Source: the human T2T-CHM13v2.0 reference genome, Homo sapiens. From it: a DNA stretch of 64,000 bases. Under the pieces are notes generated by a model that worked only from the letters and a program-made list of their open reading frames with translations, made no database searches and was not told the DNA's origin. Numbering within the stretch: position 1 is the stretch's first letter; each line of letters begins with the position of its first letter. The translations under genes and the position numbers were made by a program. Location: NCBI RefSeq assembly GCF_009914755.1, contig NC_060929.1; one strand, given 5' to 3'. This document shows, piece after piece, positions 63,001 to 64,000 of this stretch.

Positions 63001-64000
63001 AGCAGTTAGGAAACACTCTGTTTGTAAAGTCTGCAAGTGGATATTCAGACCTCTTTGAGGCCTTCGTTGGAAACGGGTTTTTTTCATATAAGGCTAGACA
63101 GAAGAATTCCCAGTAACTTCCTTGTGTTGTGTGTGTTCAACTCACAGAGTTGAACTTTCATTTACACAGAGCAGATTTGAAACACTCTTTTTGTGGAATT
63201 TGCAGGTGGAGATTTCAAGCGCTTTGAGGCCAAAGGCAGAAAAGGAAATATCTTCGTATAAAAACTAGACAGAATCATTCTCAGAAACTGCTCTGCGATG
63301 TGTGCATTCAACTCTCAGAGTTTAACTTTTCTTTTCATTCAGCAGTTTGGAAACACTCTGTTTGTAAAGTCTGCACGTGGATAATTTGACCACTTAGAGG
63401 CCTTCGTTGGAAACGGGTTTTTTTCATGTAAGGCTAGACAGAAGAATTCTCAGTAACTTCCTTGTGTTGTGTGTATTCAACTCACAGAGTTGAACGATCC
63501 TTTACACAGAGCAGACTTGTAACACTCTTTTTGTGGAATTTGCAAGTGGAGATTTCAGCCGCTTTGAAGTCAAAGGTAGAAAAGGAAATATCTTCCTATA
63601 AAAACTAGACAGAATGATTCTCAGAAACTCCTTTGTGATGTGTGAATTCAACTCACAGAGTTTAAACTTTCTTTTCATAGAGCAGTTAGGAAACACTCTG
63701 CTTGTAAAGTCTGCAAGTGGATATTCAGCCCTCTTTGAGGCCTTCGTTGGAAACGGGTTTTTTTCATATAAGGCTAGACAGAAGAATTCCCAGTAACTTC
63801 CTTGTGTTGTGTGTGTTCAACTCACAGAGTTGAACTTTGATTTACACAGAGCAGATTTGAAACACTCTTTTTGTGGAATTTGCAAGTGGAGATTTCAAGC
63901 GCTTTGAGGCCAAAGGCAGAAAAGGAAATATCTTCGTATAAAAACTAGACAGAATCATTCTCAGAAACTGCTCTGCGATGTGTGCGTTCAACTCTCAGAG
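54019..64000 (+). repeat. Three 20-mer HOR units (54019-57416, 57417-60814, 60815 to window end)
   Basis: 3398-bp spacings; near-identical with shared private SNPs. Confidence 0.92.

Larger units (their letters stand above)
1..64000 (+). repeat. Centromeric alpha-satellite HOR array, SF1 dimeric type (D1Z7/D5Z2/D19Z3-like)
   Basis: Continuous ~170-bp monomer and ~340-bp dimer periodicity. Alphoid motifs (CATTCTCAGAAACT, TTCAACTCACAGAG, GAAACACTCTTTTTGTGGAATTTGCAAGTGGA), a CENP-B box in alternate monomers and an EcoRI site about every 340 bp. Alpha-satellite identity is certain; the SF1 chr1/5/19 assignment is from recognition and is less sure (~0.8). Confidence 0.98.

Noticed and set aside
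307-63796. Numerous 60-99 aa ORFs on both strands (MILRNS..., MFPNCS..., MQLASG...)
   Set aside because: They are chance open frames repeated with the satellite period, overlap on both strands, are broken freely by indels and stops, and have no recognisable domain. I used them only as positional markers.
1-64000. CRISPR-like regularly spaced repeats
   Set aside because: The sequence between conserved motifs is itself repeated, so there are no unique spacers, and there are no cas genes. This is tandem satellite.
1-64000. Transposon insertion, inversion or non-alphoid island
   Set aside because: None seen. Marker spacings are all multiples of ~340 bp and the CENP-B boxes stay on the + strand throughout.
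1-64000. Assignment to a specific chromosome or to the active kinetochore domain
   Set aside because: Chromosomes 1, 5 and 19 share this HOR family, and CENP-A or methylation state cannot be read from sequence. It needs alignment and epigenomic data.

Overview
The whole window is one uninterrupted, single-orientation array of primate (human-type) centromeric alpha-satellite. It consists of ~170-bp monomers paired into ~340-bp dimers, with a CENP-B box in every second monomer and usually one EcoRI site per dimer. This fits suprachromosomal family 1 and most resembles the D1Z7/D5Z2/D19Z3 (S1C1/5/19H1L) array, though the chromosome cannot be fixed by eye. I see no genes, transposon insertions, inversions or CRISPR array, and the ORF track is repeat-derived noise. 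The information is in the higher-order repeat (HOR) architecture. I label five dimer types: A (CCCACAAACTGCG, 339 bp), B (ACTTCTTTGTGA...ATACTGTGCT), C (TTTGAGATGTG, GGAATCAC), D (CTGCTCTG, CACGTGGA, CCACTTAG) and E (TTGTAACAC, TTCCTATA). Units read ABCD(ED)n with n=1 (12-mer, 2039 bp), 2 (16-mer, 2718 bp), 3 (20-mer, 3398 bp, dominant) or 5 (28-mer, 4755 bp), plus a 30-mer (~5097 bp) made by an out-of-register E/B fusion. Diagnostic SNPs let crossover intervals and nested duplications (1358, 2039, ~3398, 8155 and 11892 bp offsets) be read directly. I found no new protein or RNA system; the notable content is a layered record of satellite recombination. Variant lists were read by eye and may be incomplete.
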